From: Lytechinus pictus
Lineage: Eukaryota
Direction of reading: 5' to 3'
Length of the DNA stretch: 64,000 bases
Assembly: GCF_037042905.1 (NCBI RefSeq)
Contig: NC_087251.1
Location: 32,118,001-32,182,000, forward strand
Below, piece by piece: positions 63,736-64,000 of the stretch; the stretch's first letter is position 1, and each line of letters begins with the position of its first letter. The notes under the pieces were generated by a model. It did no database searches. It was given only the letters and a program-made list of their open reading frames with translations, and had not been told where the DNA came from. Both the position numbers and the translations under genes were made by a program.

Positions 63736-63950
63736 ATGTTTAGGATACGAACGTGTTCATGTCTTATCTCAAATTCGGAGGTGGTTAGTCCAAGGTTCAC
63801 TCAAATCAAACGTTGGGTCTCAAATACGACGACAAGAGAACTGTCGAAAACGACATTATCTGCCAGTCAGAGGCTGAAAGTTCTCCCATATCCATATCTT
63901 CGTCCGTGTCTAAATATGGCCAGTATAATTGATGGAAAGGGCATTGCCAA
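63736..63950 (+). CDS. MTHFD1: First coding exon of a FolD-family methylenetetrahydrofolate dehydrogenase/cyclohydrolase, probably C1-THF synthase (conserved start at 63916, in-frame upstream ATG at 63736)
   Basis: MASIIDGKGIAK matches the FolD/MTHFD N-terminal motif (A.IIDGK.IA); donor AA|GTGAGT at 63951, phase 2. Only 12 conserved codons are visible, so MTHFD1 versus MTHFD2/1L is not certain. Confidence 0.7.
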
Positions 63951-64000
63951 GTGAGTATTCGAAATCGAATGGTGTTCATTCATTGACATTGTTGACATGG

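Noticed and set aside
291..63877. Remaining short ORFs of the six-frame track
   Set aside because: They fall in repeats or AT-rich intronic and intergenic DNA, and lack splice-compatible boundaries or recognisable domains.

Overview
AT-rich, intron-containing animal genomic DNA. The repeat complement looks like a marine invertebrate, probably a sea urchin, but this is an impression and not proven. Three genes lie on the + strand. (1) The last coding exon of an unidentified gene (3948-4055). (2) A complete TRAF3-like gene that I assembled from 7 phase-compatible GT-AG exons (26765-45212, 558 aa): atypical all-Cys RING, three TRAF zinc fingers, coiled coil and MATH/TRAF-C domain. (3) The first coding exon of an MTHFD1/FolD-type C1-THF enzyme at the right edge, preceded by an in-frame mitochondrial-presequence-like extension. 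The rest is largely non-autonomous mobile DNA, often nested: three Helentron/HINE-type families, hAT-, Kolobok-, Harbinger-, Tc1-, Mutator- and Academ-like MITEs or foldbacks, SINEs and LINE relics. The most notable observations are: (a) a rolling-circle element whose internal tandem unit packs six nuclear-receptor half-sites (IR2, DR1, DR4, IR1) into 44 bp; (b) eight consensus NF-kB sites upstream of and within TRAF3; (c) the C4C4 RING and a PPxY motif in TRAF3; (d) probable dual mitochondrial/cytosolic targeting of MTHFD1; (e) a tRNA-like Pol III cassette carried inside a Helentron. I found no CRISPR array and no prokaryotic system. All calls are by eye; no searches were run.
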